Part shown: positions 39,789 through 56,200 of the stretch, piece after piece
Layout of the letters: each line of letters opens with the position of its first letter
How positions within the stretch are numbered: position 1 is the stretch's first letter
Source of the DNA: Macrostomum lignano
Taxonomy: Eukaryota
Assembly: GCA_002269645.1 (NCBI GenBank)
Contig: NIVC01001012.1
Span: 1-64,000, forward strand
Reading direction: 5' to 3'
Length of the DNA: 64,000 nt
The notes under the pieces: model-generated
Told to the model about the DNA's origin: nothing
The model's input: the letters and a program-made list of their open reading frames with translations, nothing else
The model's database searches: none
Position numbers and translations under genes: made by a program

Positions 39789-40531
39789 ATGCGACCGTCT
39801 CAAAGAATCTCCGGTCTCGCTCTCATCTGTCTGCTATTGGCAAAGTTCCATCTGGCAGTCGCCAGAGATTACACTCGAACCTACCTGGGCTGCTACCCGG
39901 ACCCAGATAACAAGGACTTGACAGGCCTTACCGGAGTCTCAGCGCTGCTTGGCTACACTGTTAAGTCTTGGTTGGCTGTGCAGCACAGTTCGATGACGTT
40001 CGAATTGTGCGGCTCCATCTGCTCGGCCGGCGGCTTCCCCTACATGGGGCTTCAGGTTCGCGTCGAGTGCTTCTGCGGCTGGAGCTACGGGAATCATGGT
40101 GCCCCTGTCGAAGCCGACTGCGATATGAGTTGCGAAGGAAATTCGAGCCAGATCTGCGGCGGAGATACCAGCAGCTCAGTGTTCGGACTGCAATACACCA
40201 GTGAGTCAATTTCATTACAATGACTCAATTAACCGACCGTAATCGTGTACAAGTAGCGTTCAACTGATGTAATGAGACATTAAACTTTTTTTTAATTCCA
40301 GGCCCGAACCTTTTCAAGCGATCAGCCAGGACTTACTTCTCCGTGACCAACCCGACCTCGTTCTACAGGAATGTGACTGCCGTGGAAAAGGCTCAGTGTC
40401 TGCTGCAGTGCATCAACGACTGTCAGGCTGTGCTGTACAACCAGCAGCTGAGCTTGTGCCATCTGCTGAAGTTTGTCCTGTTGCCAACCGAGCTAAATAC
40501 TACTGATGGAGAGTTCTACATCAGATGCTGA
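39789..40531 (+). CDS. Secreted WSC-domain + PAN/apple-like protein, 2 exons, ~213 aa
   Basis: Exon 1 39789-40200 (signal; YLGCY...CGSIC...GLQ...ECFCG...CDMSCEGNSSQICGG); phase-1 GT-AG intron 40201-40301; exon 2 40302-40531 (QCLLQCINDCQAVLY...LCHLL). Confidence 0.9.
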
Positions 40532-41455
40532 GGTGCAAAACTGTGCATTCACTGTGATGCTCTGTGCGATGCAAGTCGCGTGACAAAATGAAATAAAAGT
40601 GCGCCTATATTAAAACACTTCAAAAAATTTGCCGTCTTAAGCGACTGATTAATTTTTACGAGTTGAATCCTTGCTTCAGCATTTCTGACACAGCAGTTTT
40701 GAAGTGTTTGCTAAGACGGGCTTTGCCTCCATGTGGAAACATTGTATCCAATTACTGTCTTCTAAGACCTAGGTTTTGCCGTTTGTAGAGTAGAGTTTGG
40801 TTAAACATTTTAGGCAGGACAGATGGCTCAACAAAACATGACAGAGTTGGAAAATCGCATTCTAAAGCATATTGGAGCTGGTAATTAAGGCGGGCTGCTT
40901 AAATACTGTAACCTGATGTATGAGAAGAACAATAGCTACCATGCAGACACAGCTAATACTATTCTTTGAGGGAATTTTGGAGAGTAAAACAGCCAGTGGA
41001 AGACGGATTTGTTTTAAACAAAAAAACTTAGAGAGCTGCAGAGCTTCAGCACATTCTACATGCAGTACCAGTGAATCAATATACCTTTTAAATTACGAAA
41101 TCCCAGATGCTTGTTAAAATACTTCATCTTATTGAGGAGCGGCAATGATAAAAAAGTCTAATATGAAGCAAACTGAATACGACTGCACGAAAAAGTCAGA
41201 AAGCTTAGAAATTGTGTTTGCCATGACGGCTTCGTTTTCGCATACAGACTCTAGCGATGTCTCCAGATCAAAAAAAGCAAGTTAAAACTTTATGTCTTCA
41301 TTGTCGCTAAGGTACAAAGGCTATAAAAAGGATTTCTGTGAGATTTTATCAATCCGCGAGTAGTTTTCTGTGTTTTGTACAGTGAATGTATTGAATTGCA
41401 AGCCGGATTAAAGGAAACAAATGCGGATATATTGACGACGTCCGTTGCTTCCAGG

Positions 41456-41747
41456 GGGCCTTTTCATATTACCAATTCCAGAACCAGAATCGGTTCGGAA
41501 TTCCAAGAAAAACAGCAGTATAACTATTAAACTCTGTTAATATTTGACTGCTTTAACAGCCTTACTTTGCACGATTTTTCACTTTCTTCTTGGCGATTGT
41601 CATTCAATAATAAAAACTTTATAGCACGTATCTCCCTCTAGTTATGGAGACAAAAAGTTATACTTCACAAATTGGTTCTGGTTCTGGAACCAGAACAAGC
41701 AGGAGGCGTCATATTTTCATATTGTACTAAGCAATATGAAAAGGCCC
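41456..41747. mobile_element. MITE with a 15-bp TIR and 3-bp TSD (PIF/Harbinger-like), nested in the end of a smaller element
   Basis: GGGCCTTTTCATATT (41456-41470) pairs with AATATGAAAAGGCCC (41733-41747). AGG on both flanks. Inverted CCAGAACCAGAA subterminal motifs. Confidence 0.7.
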
Positions 41748-43772
41748 AGGGACATAGCCAGGAATTCGTATTTGGGGGGGGGGGCGCATCATTCGAGGCG
41801 CTCTTCATCGTGCCAGGGCGCGAAACTGCTGCAAAGGAGGCGTCAAACATCCTTCCTGGCTTTAGTCCTGCCCAACAATTCTAGTGCGAAGAAGGAATTG
41901 CTTCTGTATGCAATTTTTTCTTGGTAGACAGAAGTGTACTAAGGGGCTCACTCACTCTTTTTTGTGTCATCCACGAGTAGTCATCTAAAGAAAAAAAATT
42001 TCAAATGATACCTCCAAAATCCAGGAACCTTGAAAAAGCATGCCTTCTGCAAAACGAGTTGGGCTATATTAAATTCAGTCAGTTTAATTGGCCAATTATT
42101 TATCAACAGGTGTCAAAATCCCATTGGATCAATCGTCGATAAGACTTCATTTTAATTGCATATTTTCTATGAGTTTATGATTTTCTCATAGAAAAAATTT
42201 TTGACGAAGTTTGGCGCCTCCTAGAGCCCCTAAATACACTCGAGCCCCTTGTTTTTTCTGCCTCCTGCAAGAGAATCGTAAAAATGAAAATGTGACGTAC
42301 ATATTCATGTCTTCAAGTGCTGTATGTGCAGGCTGTAGCTACTGATTTTCTAATAGATTTTAGACAATCGCCATGGGACCTAACCGGCCTAAACTTCGTC
42401 AAATCCCTGGTGTGCAAACTGCAAAACATTGAAAGCTTTCGTGCTCTTTTTCTATGGAATACTGAATTGCCCGATGCCTGATGCAGTAAGCCACTAAGTA
42501 CCCAGGAGTTTGAGGTTGTCAGTGCGTTTCTGTCGCTTTTTTAGAGAATTTTCTGTCTCTAAAATGTAATTTGCAATTTTCCTTTACTTGGATAAGTATC
42601 CATAGTATTGTTCTGTTCGTTAGTTCTTTAGCTTCAAGGCTTATTTGTCTTTGCCTTTTAATTATGTATGCTAATGATGCTAATTACAGACTTGACACTA
42701 CAACAGTTAAAATTGGCGCGTCTTTCCTTAGTAACGCTGCCACAGATTTGCATTGCCTCTCACAGTATGGGAGACTGCCAGTCTGCCCCTCTGCTTTGGA
42801 TTGGGATAATGGGGAAGCGACCGTGGGACGAGAACCGCTGTTAGACCACAAAGCTACATGCAGACCATAAACGATAGAATTCGATAGCCATCTCCGGGAG
42901 AGGACTAATACGCATTTATATGTATTAGATATTCGGCTCGAGGTATTTAAGCGAAATACCGACCAAAAAACCCATAGAATATCTTATTTAAACTACTTTA
43001 ATTTTGCGGGATGCATTCAGATAAATCCCGGAGCCATACTTGTATGTCTTTGGTTGAAGTTGGGGATGGGGGTGTGGGGGCGAAGCCCCACATTCTTACC
43101 ATAGACAAAATTTCATTAAGAAATTTCTCGAGTCACGAAGGAAGAGAAGAGAGAAGCTCGCTTATTTAGATACATACAATAATCCTTGCAATATGTCTGG
43201 GAAAGTGATCGATTAAATCCTGCAAAATAAAATCTATGTCAGTAACCTCCCTTAAAGTGAGCTTTAAAGTGGTTTAAAAGGCTATAACTTCTTTTCGACG
43301 TTTGAGAAGCGGAGTCGAACCTACAGCGGAAGCAAAAACTAAGAGTTAGTTTGAATCTTTGATAATCTTAGTCTCAATAAGCTCTGCTTGTAGATGGAAG
43401 CAGTGTTGCTCAGATCAGGCTCCAGAGAGCGTGTCGTGTCTCTCCTCCGACGTGTGTCTCTCCTTCGAAGTGTGGCTCTCCTAACTTACTTACCACTGAG
43501 GGGGGGCGCAGGTGCCGCGAACAGGCAACGAGGCCCCTATCGCAACCCCAAGGTAAAAGAGCACAAGGATTAACCCTGGGGGTGCGCCCAGTCCCCGCCA
43601 GTAGTCGGCAGGTTCGCAGTGGAGGCATCGGCGACCCTCATCCGGCAGGAGTCCCGGACGAAGGCGCGAAGGTCACGGATATTTTCCGGGGTTGTCAGCT
43701 CGCTCATCGGTTAAGCTGTTATCCACGGCGCTCTGGTAGTTGCTAATAAGTAGTCACTAGTGTTCATCCTAG

Positions 43773-43945
43773 GCGTGTGCTGACTGGGATACAGCAGGTG
43801 TGCTGACTGGGGATACAGCAGGTGTGCTGACTGGGGATACACCAGGTGTGCTGACTGGGGATACACCAGGTGTGCTGACTGGGATACACCAGGTGTGCTG
43901 ACTGAGGATACAACAGGTGTGCTGACTGGGATAGACCAGGTGTGA
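43773..43945. repeat. ~24-bp minisatellite, ~7 units
   Basis: CAGGTGTGCTGACTGGGGATACA(G/C) units. Confidence 0.9.
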
Positions 43946-44435
43946 TAGCAGGACTACTGACTACTTTTAGATGTTCGTGACCTAGCCCCCTAGTACATGT
44001 ACTTAAAGCTACTTATAAAAATCTGCCTGCATCATAATGTCAGCTACTTAAACCACAGCCGGCGCACAAGCTCCCGGGGAGAACAACTATGATCTTATCC
44101 CATGAAAATTGCCGCGTCATTAAGGCTTCATAAATTGAGCGATAACTGTTGCCTCATTTGTATCGTCCAATACTCGTAACTCAAACAGTTTTCTGAGACC
44201 GTGTATTTATTTGAGAAATTCAGCAAAATATATTGACAATTTCGTAGAAGTGTTGAGTTTTATTATTGACTCGATGAAAAATGCGCATTTTGTTTTTTAT
44301 TCAAGCAACTTACGTAGGCGCATGTAGTATTCATAGGTAGAAGAAAATCATGAGAAAGTATTAGAACGCAAACTGATGTGTGAATATAAGCATTTAGAGA
44401 GAAATTTTATACGCTTTTAGATCAACCTTAACTCT

Positions 44436-45117
44436 GTGGAACCCTTTGGAACCCTGTGGAACCCTGTGGAACCCTGTGGAACCCTGTGGAACCCTGTGGA
44501 ACCCTGTGGAACCCTGTGGAACCCTGTGGAACCCTGTGGAACCCTGTGGAACCCTGTGGAACCCTGTGGAACCCTGTGGAACCCTGTGGAACCCTGTGGA
44601 ACCCTGTGGAACCCTGTGGAACCCTGTGGAACCCTGTGGAACCCTGTGGAACCCTGTGGAACCCTGTGGAACCCTGTGGAACCCTGTGGAACCCTGTGGA
44701 ACCCTGTGGAACCCTGTGGAACCCTGTGGAACCCTGTGGAACCCTGTGGAACCCTGTGGAACCCTGTGGAACCCTGTGGAACCCTGTGGAACCCTGTGGA
44801 ACCCTGTGGAACCCTGTGGAACCCTGTGGAACCCTGTGGAACCCTGTGGAACCCTGTGGAACCCTGTGGAACCCTGTGGAACCCTGTGGAACCCTGTGGA
44901 ACCCTGTGGAACCCTGTGGAACCCTGTGGAACCCTGTGGAACCCTGTGGAACCCTGTGGAACCCTGTGGAACCCTGTGGAACCCTGTGGAACCCTGTGGA
45001 ACCCTGTGGAACCCTGTGGAACCCTGTGGAACCCTGTGGAACCCTGTGGAACCCTGTGGAACCCTGTGGAACCCTGTGGAACCCTGTGGAACCCTGTGGA
45101 ACCCTCTGGAACCCCTG
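44436..45117. repeat. Near-perfect decamer array (GGAACCCTGT)n, ~68 units
   Basis: Direct inspection; variants only at the ends. Confidence 0.98.
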
Positions 45118-45404
45118 CGTCTTCTCCTTGTTGCTTTCGGTCCGGTTGGCTAATTGAAGTTATCAGCGCAATTTTGTTTTAAGTAAAAAAATGCATATAC
45201 TGTGCGTAAAACTCGTTTTTTCAAGTTTAGTTTTAGACCAACAAAGCACATACGAAACTTGTGCAGCAAATTGAACACGCAGCAGATTGGCTCATTGCAC
45301 TATCGAGCCGATGATAAATTGGTCGCATTCGCAAAGCAGATTGGCTATGCAGTGGGCTCCATCACATTCGTGACATGCATTGGTGAACTGTGTGTTATTG
45401 CTTC

Positions 45405-48047
<2,643 letters not shown>

Positions 48048-48764
48048 CTGCAATGGAAAATGTTATTTGATGATAATTAAATATAATTGAAAGACTATAG
48101 TTAAAATTGGCAAAACTGTAATCTTGACTGACAGTAAAATCAACGAGCAGTAAACAATAGAAATAAACAGAACTGAAATCTTCGTATAATGCCGTGGACA
48201 ATTGTTCTGAAAGGTGGCAATTTTAAATTAATTAGTTGCCATTAATTGTAATCTTAAACCTATTAACCACAGCGTTGAGCTTACCATGTCGGAAATTATT
48301 GATAGATGATAGCTAAATATCGATCTGTATTCTATTCTGCGCTCGTTTGCGTGACGCAGAACTGGTTGAATAGGAGCTACGCTAGAGAGAGAGAATGTTC
48401 TAAAAATAGAAACACTCGCTTTACCCCATGCCCCCAGAAAAAAGCCAGCAGCATTTATTTGTACAGCAGGGGGCAGGGATGGCCCATGGATTTCCCTTGG
48501 AATTGTCCTGGGTTGGCCGATTGTTGCTGAGCAGGTTCCAGGTTTGAACGGTTATCCCGCGGAAAGCTTTTAGACCTGCCATGGAATTGCCTAAATTAAA
48601 ACACTTCGAGTTAATGCCGACTGAATGACACAGGCTTGAGGCTGCTATATATTTATATTCTCTAACCTAGTGTCTCCAAATTTTTTATTAGGACTAATTT
48701 TATGAACTTTTGTATCTTTTTTCACCAATTTAAGCTTACTGCCCATGAACGAATTCTGGCTTCC

Positions 48765-49822
48765 TGTCCCCAGTTGTGACTTTACGTCATAAATTATGGC
48801 TTCCTGTCTCTAATTAAGGCTTCCTGTCTCTGATTATGGCTTCCTGTCTCTAATTATGGCTTCCTGTCTCTAATTATGGCTTCCTGTCTCTAATTATGGC
48901 TTCCTGTCTCTAATTATGGCTTCCTGTCTCTAATTATGGCTTCCTGACTCTAATTATGGCTTCCTGTCTCTAATTATGGCTTCCTGTCTCTAATTATGGC
49001 TTCCTATCTCTAATTATGGCTTCCTGTCTCTAATTTATGGCTTCCTGTCTCTAATTATGGCTTCCCGTCACCAATTGTGGCTTCCCGTCACCAATTCTGG
49101 CTTCCCGTCACCAGTTATGGCTTCCCGTCACCAATTATGGCTTCCCGTCACCAGTTATGGCTTCCCGTCACCAGTTATGGCTTCCCGTCACCAATTCCGG
49201 CTTCCCATCACCAATTCTGGCTTCCTGTCACCAATTCCGGCTTCCCATCACCAATTCTGGCTTCCTGTCACCAATTATTGCTTCCCGTCACCAGTTATGG
49301 CTTTCCTTCACTTATTTTGGCTTGCCGTTACCAATTATGGCTTCCCGTCACCTATTATGGCTTTCCTTCACCAATTATGGCTTCCTGTCACCTATTATGG
49401 CTTCCTGTCACCTATTATGGCTTTCCGTCACCAATTATGGCTTTCCTTCACTTATTTTGGCTTCCCGTCACTAATTCTGGCTTCCCGTCACCAATAATGG
49501 CTTCCCGTCACCAGTTATGGCTTCCCGTCACCAGTTATGGCTTCCCGTCACCAATTCCGGCTTCCCATCACCAATTCTGGCTTCCTGTCACCTATTATGG
49601 CTTCCCGTCACCAATTATGGCTTCCCGTCACCAATTATGGCTTCTTGTCACCAATTATGGCTCCCTGTCACCTATTATGGCTTCCCGTCACCCATTCTGG
49701 CTTCCTGTCACCTATTATGGCTTCCCGTCACCAATTATGGCTTCCCGTCACCAATTATGGCTTCCGTCACCAATTATGGCTTCCTGTCACCTATTATGGC
49801 TTCCTGTCACCTATTATGGCTT
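48765..49822. repeat. 20-bp minisatellite
   Basis: TGGCTTCCTGTCTCTAATTA units changing to TGGCTTCCCGTCACCAATTA variants. Confidence 0.95.
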
Positions 49823-50200
49823 GATATTACAATGCATTTTGGCTTTCCTATTCCAATTTGAGCTAACCCATCATACAACTTGGCTCATGTTACCGCTTTT
49901 CTAATAATTTATTTCATTAAAATTAGTAGCAAAACGCAGCACAATCTGATAGAAAAAATCACAAGAGGCAGCAGCTCTTGATTTATGAGTAGTATGATTC
50001 AGTTTAATTCGGTTTAGAATTTAGGGGAAATCATTAAAGTGTGCTACACATATCGAACGGGATATGTAAAAATTATGGCCGTCAAGTGGTTGCGATTGTT
50101 TAAATGTTTTAAATTTTATTGGCTAAACAACCTTGTACTTTAGAAGTACATTTTTGCGCCATCATAAATTTTAATTTGTTTCACGCCTGTCTGTAGAAAA

Positions 50201-53200
50201 CTAACGGTAGTACACGAAGGTGCTCCCATCGAGTTCGTAATGCCCAGCCGCCTCAGTCCAGCATTCTTCATCGCTAGAGGACAGACTATCTGGCTCCGTG
50301 TCCTCCTCCACATCATCTATGGCGGCTACAGTCACTAAGACTGGCGAAGCTGGTGGATTCTGAAATTTAAAATTGCAGTCAAGTTTTATTGCTGATGTCT
50401 AACAGCTGACACACAAATGTCTAACAGACTGACACACGGATGTCTAACAGCTGACACACATGTCTAACAGCTGACACACGGATGTCTAACAGCTGACACA
50501 CATATGTCTAACAGCTGACACACATGTCTAACAGCTGACACACGGATGTCTAACAGCTGACACATATGTCTAACAGCTGACACACGGATGTCTAACAGCT
50601 GACACACGAATGTCTAACAGCTGACACATATGTCTAACAGCTGACACACGGATGTCTAACAGCTGACACACATGTCTAACAGCTGACACACAAATGTCTA
50701 ACAGACTGACACACGGATGTCTAACAGCTGACACACATGTCTAACAGCTGACACACGGATGTCTAACAGCTGACACACGGATGTCTAACAGCTGACACAT
50801 GGATGTCTAACAGCTGACACATATGTCTAACAGTTGACACACGGATGTCTAACAGCTGACACATATGTCTAACAGCTGACACATGGATGTCTAACAGCTG
50901 ACATACAGATGTATAACAGACTGACACACGGATGTCTAACAGCTGACACACAAATGTCTAACAGACTGACACACGGATGTCTAACAGCTGACACACATGT
51001 CTAACAGCTGACACACGGATGTCTAACAGCTGACACACATGTCTAACAGCTGACACACGGATGTCTAACAGCTGACACATATGTCTAACAGCTGACACAC
51101 GGATGTCTAACAGCTGACACACGGATGTCTAACAGCTGACACACATGTCTAACAGCTGACACACAAATGTCTAACAGACTGACACACGGATGTCTAACAG
51201 CTGACACACATGTCTAACAGCTGACACACGGATGTCTAACAGCTGACACACGGATGTCTAACAGCTGACACATGGATGTCTAACAGCTGACACATATGTC
51301 TAACAGTTGACACACGGATGTCTAACAGCTGACACATATGTCTAACAGCTGACACATGGATGTCTAACAGCTGACATACAGATGTATAACAGACTGACAC
51401 ACGGATGTCTAACAGCTGACATACATATGTCTAACAGACTGACACTCGGATGTCTAACAGCTGACACACGGATGTTTAACAGCTGACACACGGATGTTTA
51501 ACAGCTGACACACGGATGTCTAATAGCTGACACACGGATGTTTAACAGCTGACACACGAATGTCTAACAGCTGACACACGGATGTTTAACAGCTGACACA
51601 CGGATGTCTAACAGCTGACACACGGATGTTTAACAGCTGACACACGGATGTCTAACAGCTGACACACGGATGTCTAACAGCTGACACACGGATGTCTAAC
51701 AGCTGACACACGGATGTCTAACAGCTGACATACATATGTTTAACAGCTGACACACGGATGTCTAACAGCTGACATACATATGTTTAACAGCTGACACACG
51801 GATGTCTAACAGCTGACACACGAATGTCTAACAGCTGACACACGGATGTTTAACAGCTGACACACGGATGTCTAACAGCTGACACACGGATGTCTAACAG
51901 CTGACACACGGATGTCTAACAGCTGACACACGGATGTCTAACAGCTGACACACGGATGTCTAACAGCTGACACACGGATGTCTAACAGCTGACATACATA
52001 TGTTTAACAGCTGACACACGGATGTCTAACAGCTGACATACATATGTTTAACAGCTGACACACGGATGTCTAACAGCTGACACACGGATGTACAACATTT
52101 TAAACCAATAATTTTAAAGGACCCGAGGGCCGGAGTTATCTGACCCCTTGAATTTAGCCACTTAACCTGTAGGTAAAATTTCACAATGTCCCAGATTTCA
52201 CTTACAATAGCTGAAGTTGAAGTTGCGGTAAATATCACAAAATTCAGTTTATAGTATAAATAATAACTACAGAATAACGCCGGTAAAATAAGCCAGATTT
52301 TTATCAGATTTCGCAAGTTCGCTTTCCAATGAGATTTTAATTACAAGCGCATGTTATTATTAAAATAGCTGGTATTTTCGCAAAAGTAGAACTTCAGCCA
52401 GCAGATCATAAACAGTTTGTACAGTGTTTACCATCATTGCAGCATGCTCGTCAATTCGATGGCTATTGGTATGATAGCATTTTTAGTATGGTCACATTTG
52501 CCACTTAACCTTCTCAAAAAACTACGTAATCAATGCATGCGCCATACCTGATGAAAGGCCCCTGAGGCTGCTGTGGAGACTGTGCAATTGGTTTCGCTGC
52601 CAAGCTCGTCATCATTCGACTCATCGTACGAGTATAGCGAGGACGTCGCTCTCACCCTGGAGAATCTGACAGCCAGCTTGCAGCCCACACCGATGGCGGA
52701 GACTGCAACTGCGAGCAGAAATATGCTGACGAATATTCGCTTGGCGTTCGCGGACGATTTCCCTGTGCAATTGAAATGAGGCCATTGATTTTAGTGCTAT
52801 CTTTAAGGTAAAATCAGATCTGCAGCTATTTGGTCATCACTCACTTCCAGTTGAGAACTTGGCTTCAACATTCGGGTACGGCAGGCCTGACTGACTGACG
52901 CTGCACCTGACCAGCCAGTCCCGGCTTTCCTGACCTCCGGGTAGCCGAGCCCAGTGAGAGCTGCTGAAGCCGGTCTGCTGCAGTTTGCATTGGCGAGTTT
53001 CTATAATTATTAATTAATTGCTGATAGGCATTGCGATTCCTCTGAACTTACCTGTGCGCTGCTCATTTTTAGCCGGATGTGGGCCGCTGCACCTCCACCG
53101 ACCTGAGTTAGCCAGCAGCTGTGGCTGACATTCCATACGCTGCACTGCTGTGACGTCACTCTGACTGTGAGACATCGATGCTGGATGCTGATCAAGTGGA

Positions 53201-56200
53201 TGACCGTCAGGCAGGGCCCTGTAACGGTTAGCATTTTGCTTGGAATGTAATAATAATAATAATAGTCGTAATACTCATAATAATAACCATTGAGTACACC
53301 TTGCCCATTGAGTACACCTTGCCCATTGAGTACACCTTGCCCATTGAGTACACCTTGCCCATTGAGTACACCTTGCCCATTGAGTACACCTTGCCCATTG
53401 AGTACACCTTGCCCATTGAGTACACCTTGAATTATAAGAATAGTAATAACAATGATTGATTGCACCTGCCCCCCATGGGCAGATGTGCAACCGACAGCTC
53501 AGCCGCAGCTATTGCGCGGCGCATCTGAAAGCTGCGTACGGCTGTTCAGGACTGGGGGGCCTGGGGGGGTCGCCACACACACACCCTCAATTACCCGAGC
53601 TAATGCCGGCACCCATTTTTACAGCTGGGTGAACTGAAGCAATGCAGAGTTAAGTGTTTTGCTCAAGGACACAAATTGTTCCAGTGGGATCGGGAAACGA
53701 ACCCCCGACCTTCAAGTTATGAATCCGATGCTCTAACCACTAGGCTGAAACCCCCGACATTTGGAATGTAAATCGACCCAGTAATTCTGTTAACTGTTTC
53801 GTTTTTGAAGATTCTAAAAATATTTGGAGTTCGAATCTTATGCAGACAGACAGGGCATCAAAGGGTGCCAAATTAGTCAGCTGAATTGCCAACAGAAATG
53901 CAGTTATGCGCACACTCAGTTATGGAAACAATTCTAAAACAGCTCACCACTTATTGCTGATATAAAATAACTGTCGTTGTTTTGCACTTCGACGTTTTGC
54001 TCGCCTTCAAACCTGCCCTCGCATTTTAATGTGCCGTTCAGCATCGCGACGCTGACCTGGAATCTGAACTGAGACGCCACCGCCACCAGGGTCCGATTGT
54101 TGTGATTTTTTGCGACAGCTGTTTCTAGCTGGAAGTCGTTTAAATGTCAGCAGTAATTAACAGTCAGCAGTAATTAACAGTCAGCAGTAATTAAATGTCA
54201 GCAGTAATTAACAGTCAGCAGTAATTAACAGTCAGCAGTAATTAACAGTCAGCAGTAATTAACAGTCAGCAGTAATTAACAGTCAGCAGCAATTAACAGT
54301 CAGCAGTAATTAACAGTCAGCAGCAAAACTGTCAGCAGCAATTAACAGTCAGCAGTAAAACTGTCAGCAGTAATGAACAGTCAGCAGTAATTAACAGTCA
54401 GCAGTAATTAACAGTCAGCAGTAATTAACAGTCAGCAGTAATTAACAGTCAGCAGTAATTAACAGTCAGCAGTAATTAACAGTCAGCAGTAATTAACAGT
54501 CAGCAGTAATTAACAGTCAGCAGCAATTAACAGTCAGCAGTAATTAACAGTCAGCAGTAATTAACAGTCAGCAGTAATTAACAGTCAGCAGTAATTAACA
54601 GTCAGCAGTAATTAACAGTCAGCAGTAATTAACAGTCAGCAGCAAAACTGTAAGTCACAGCTGATCTCATAGGGATGATCTGCAGAAAGTCATGAGTTCA
54701 TCTCACATTTGTGCGGTTTTCATCCAGACGCCACTCAGAGCTGGCAGAAATGATGCTGCAGCTGTGATGCAGTGCTGGGTAAGCCGGAGCTGATGTGACA
54801 TTCACAGTGACGCTGCTGCCGCTGACCCACACGGGTGACACCGATACTGACAGGCTGGCAGGGGGAACTGAAACATAAACATGTTGAAGTAATTGCAACA
54901 TAACTTCCTCAACAGAAACCCATCCCTGATTAAAACGCTCTCACATAAAACCCCAATAGTCTGCTCAATGCGCTCAGCAGGTCGGTCTGTCAGAAAGCAG
55001 CTGAGCGTCGCATCGTGCATTGCCGAGGTGGCATTGAGTTTGAACACTGCGGGCTGTGCCTGGCTGTTCAGCTGCCGTGGTGAAGACTGAAGAGTTTGAT
55101 AAAAAAATTTAGCAACGCTTCGCACAATTCAAACTATTCAAAAAGATTGGCGCACCTGTTTCAGTTGATGAGTTGACCCGTTGCTGTAGTTCAATAGACA
55201 GCCAAGCGAGCCGTCAAGACAGCTCGAAACTGAGAGGCAGGCCATGTTCCCATCCTTTATGGCTTGCAGGTTTCTAAACGGACATAGAGTGCTGTTCATC
55301 ACGGTGAGGTTCAGTGGAGCAACAGGACCTAAAAATAACGTGACGTCTTGTGACTCGAAATTTAACGCATCAATTAGAAGTAGGTATTCTATTAATATTT
55401 TAATTAAAGACCTGACAGTTTCAAGGCACTCCAACTTAGTGGAACATTCGTACAGCTCCTGACCAGTATGTACAGGACTGTGCTCTGAAGCAGAAAAATG
55501 CACTTGCTTTTTATCAATACTTTTAATAAATAATCCAATCATGCATAGGTACACTACAGGTTCAAGGCAAACATTGCTACCTCATTGTAAGCTCTTCCAA
55601 GCTGCCTCCACCGGTCGCTGCTGCCGAAGGCCTCCCAGCTGGCGCGGCACGGATCCTCCAGCTGCAGCTCCAGCGGGAGGCTCGAGGCTCCGACCGCTGA
55701 CACGGGCGAGCCGACCGGAGCTGCTGCGAGCCACTGGCCATCTGCAACACGAGTGCTTGGCTGCTAGCTGGTCTCACACTGTCTCAGAGTGCTAATTAGA
55801 TTCTAGCTGGTCTCACACTGTCTCAGAGTGCTAATTAGATGCTAGCTGGTCTCACACTGTCTCAGAGTGCTAATTAGATGCTAGCTGGTCTCACACTGTC
55901 TCAGAGTGCTAATTAGATGCTAGCTGGTCTCACACTGTCTCAGAGTGCTAATTAGATGCTAGCTGGTCTCACACTGTCTCAGAGTGCTAATTAGATGCTA
56001 GCTGGTCTCATACTGTCTCAGAGTGCTAATTAGATGCTAGCTGGTCTCACACTGTCTCAGAGTACTAATTAGATGCTAGCTGGTCTCACACTGTCTCACA
56101 CATTGTGTCCCAGTCTCCTTCTGCCTCATCATGCATCATAAGAATGAGTCGGTCAGCGTCACTCACCCCAGTCTCGCACGCTCACCGCCTCCAGCATTAT

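Noticed and set aside
52545-52570. CTGATGA hammerhead-like core here and at ~5528 and ~27218
   Set aside because: No stem II/GAAA or cleavage-site pairing can be formed.
53700-53746. tRNA-Met gene
   Set aside because: No acceptor-stem closure; it continues into the SINE body, so it is annotated as a SINE head.
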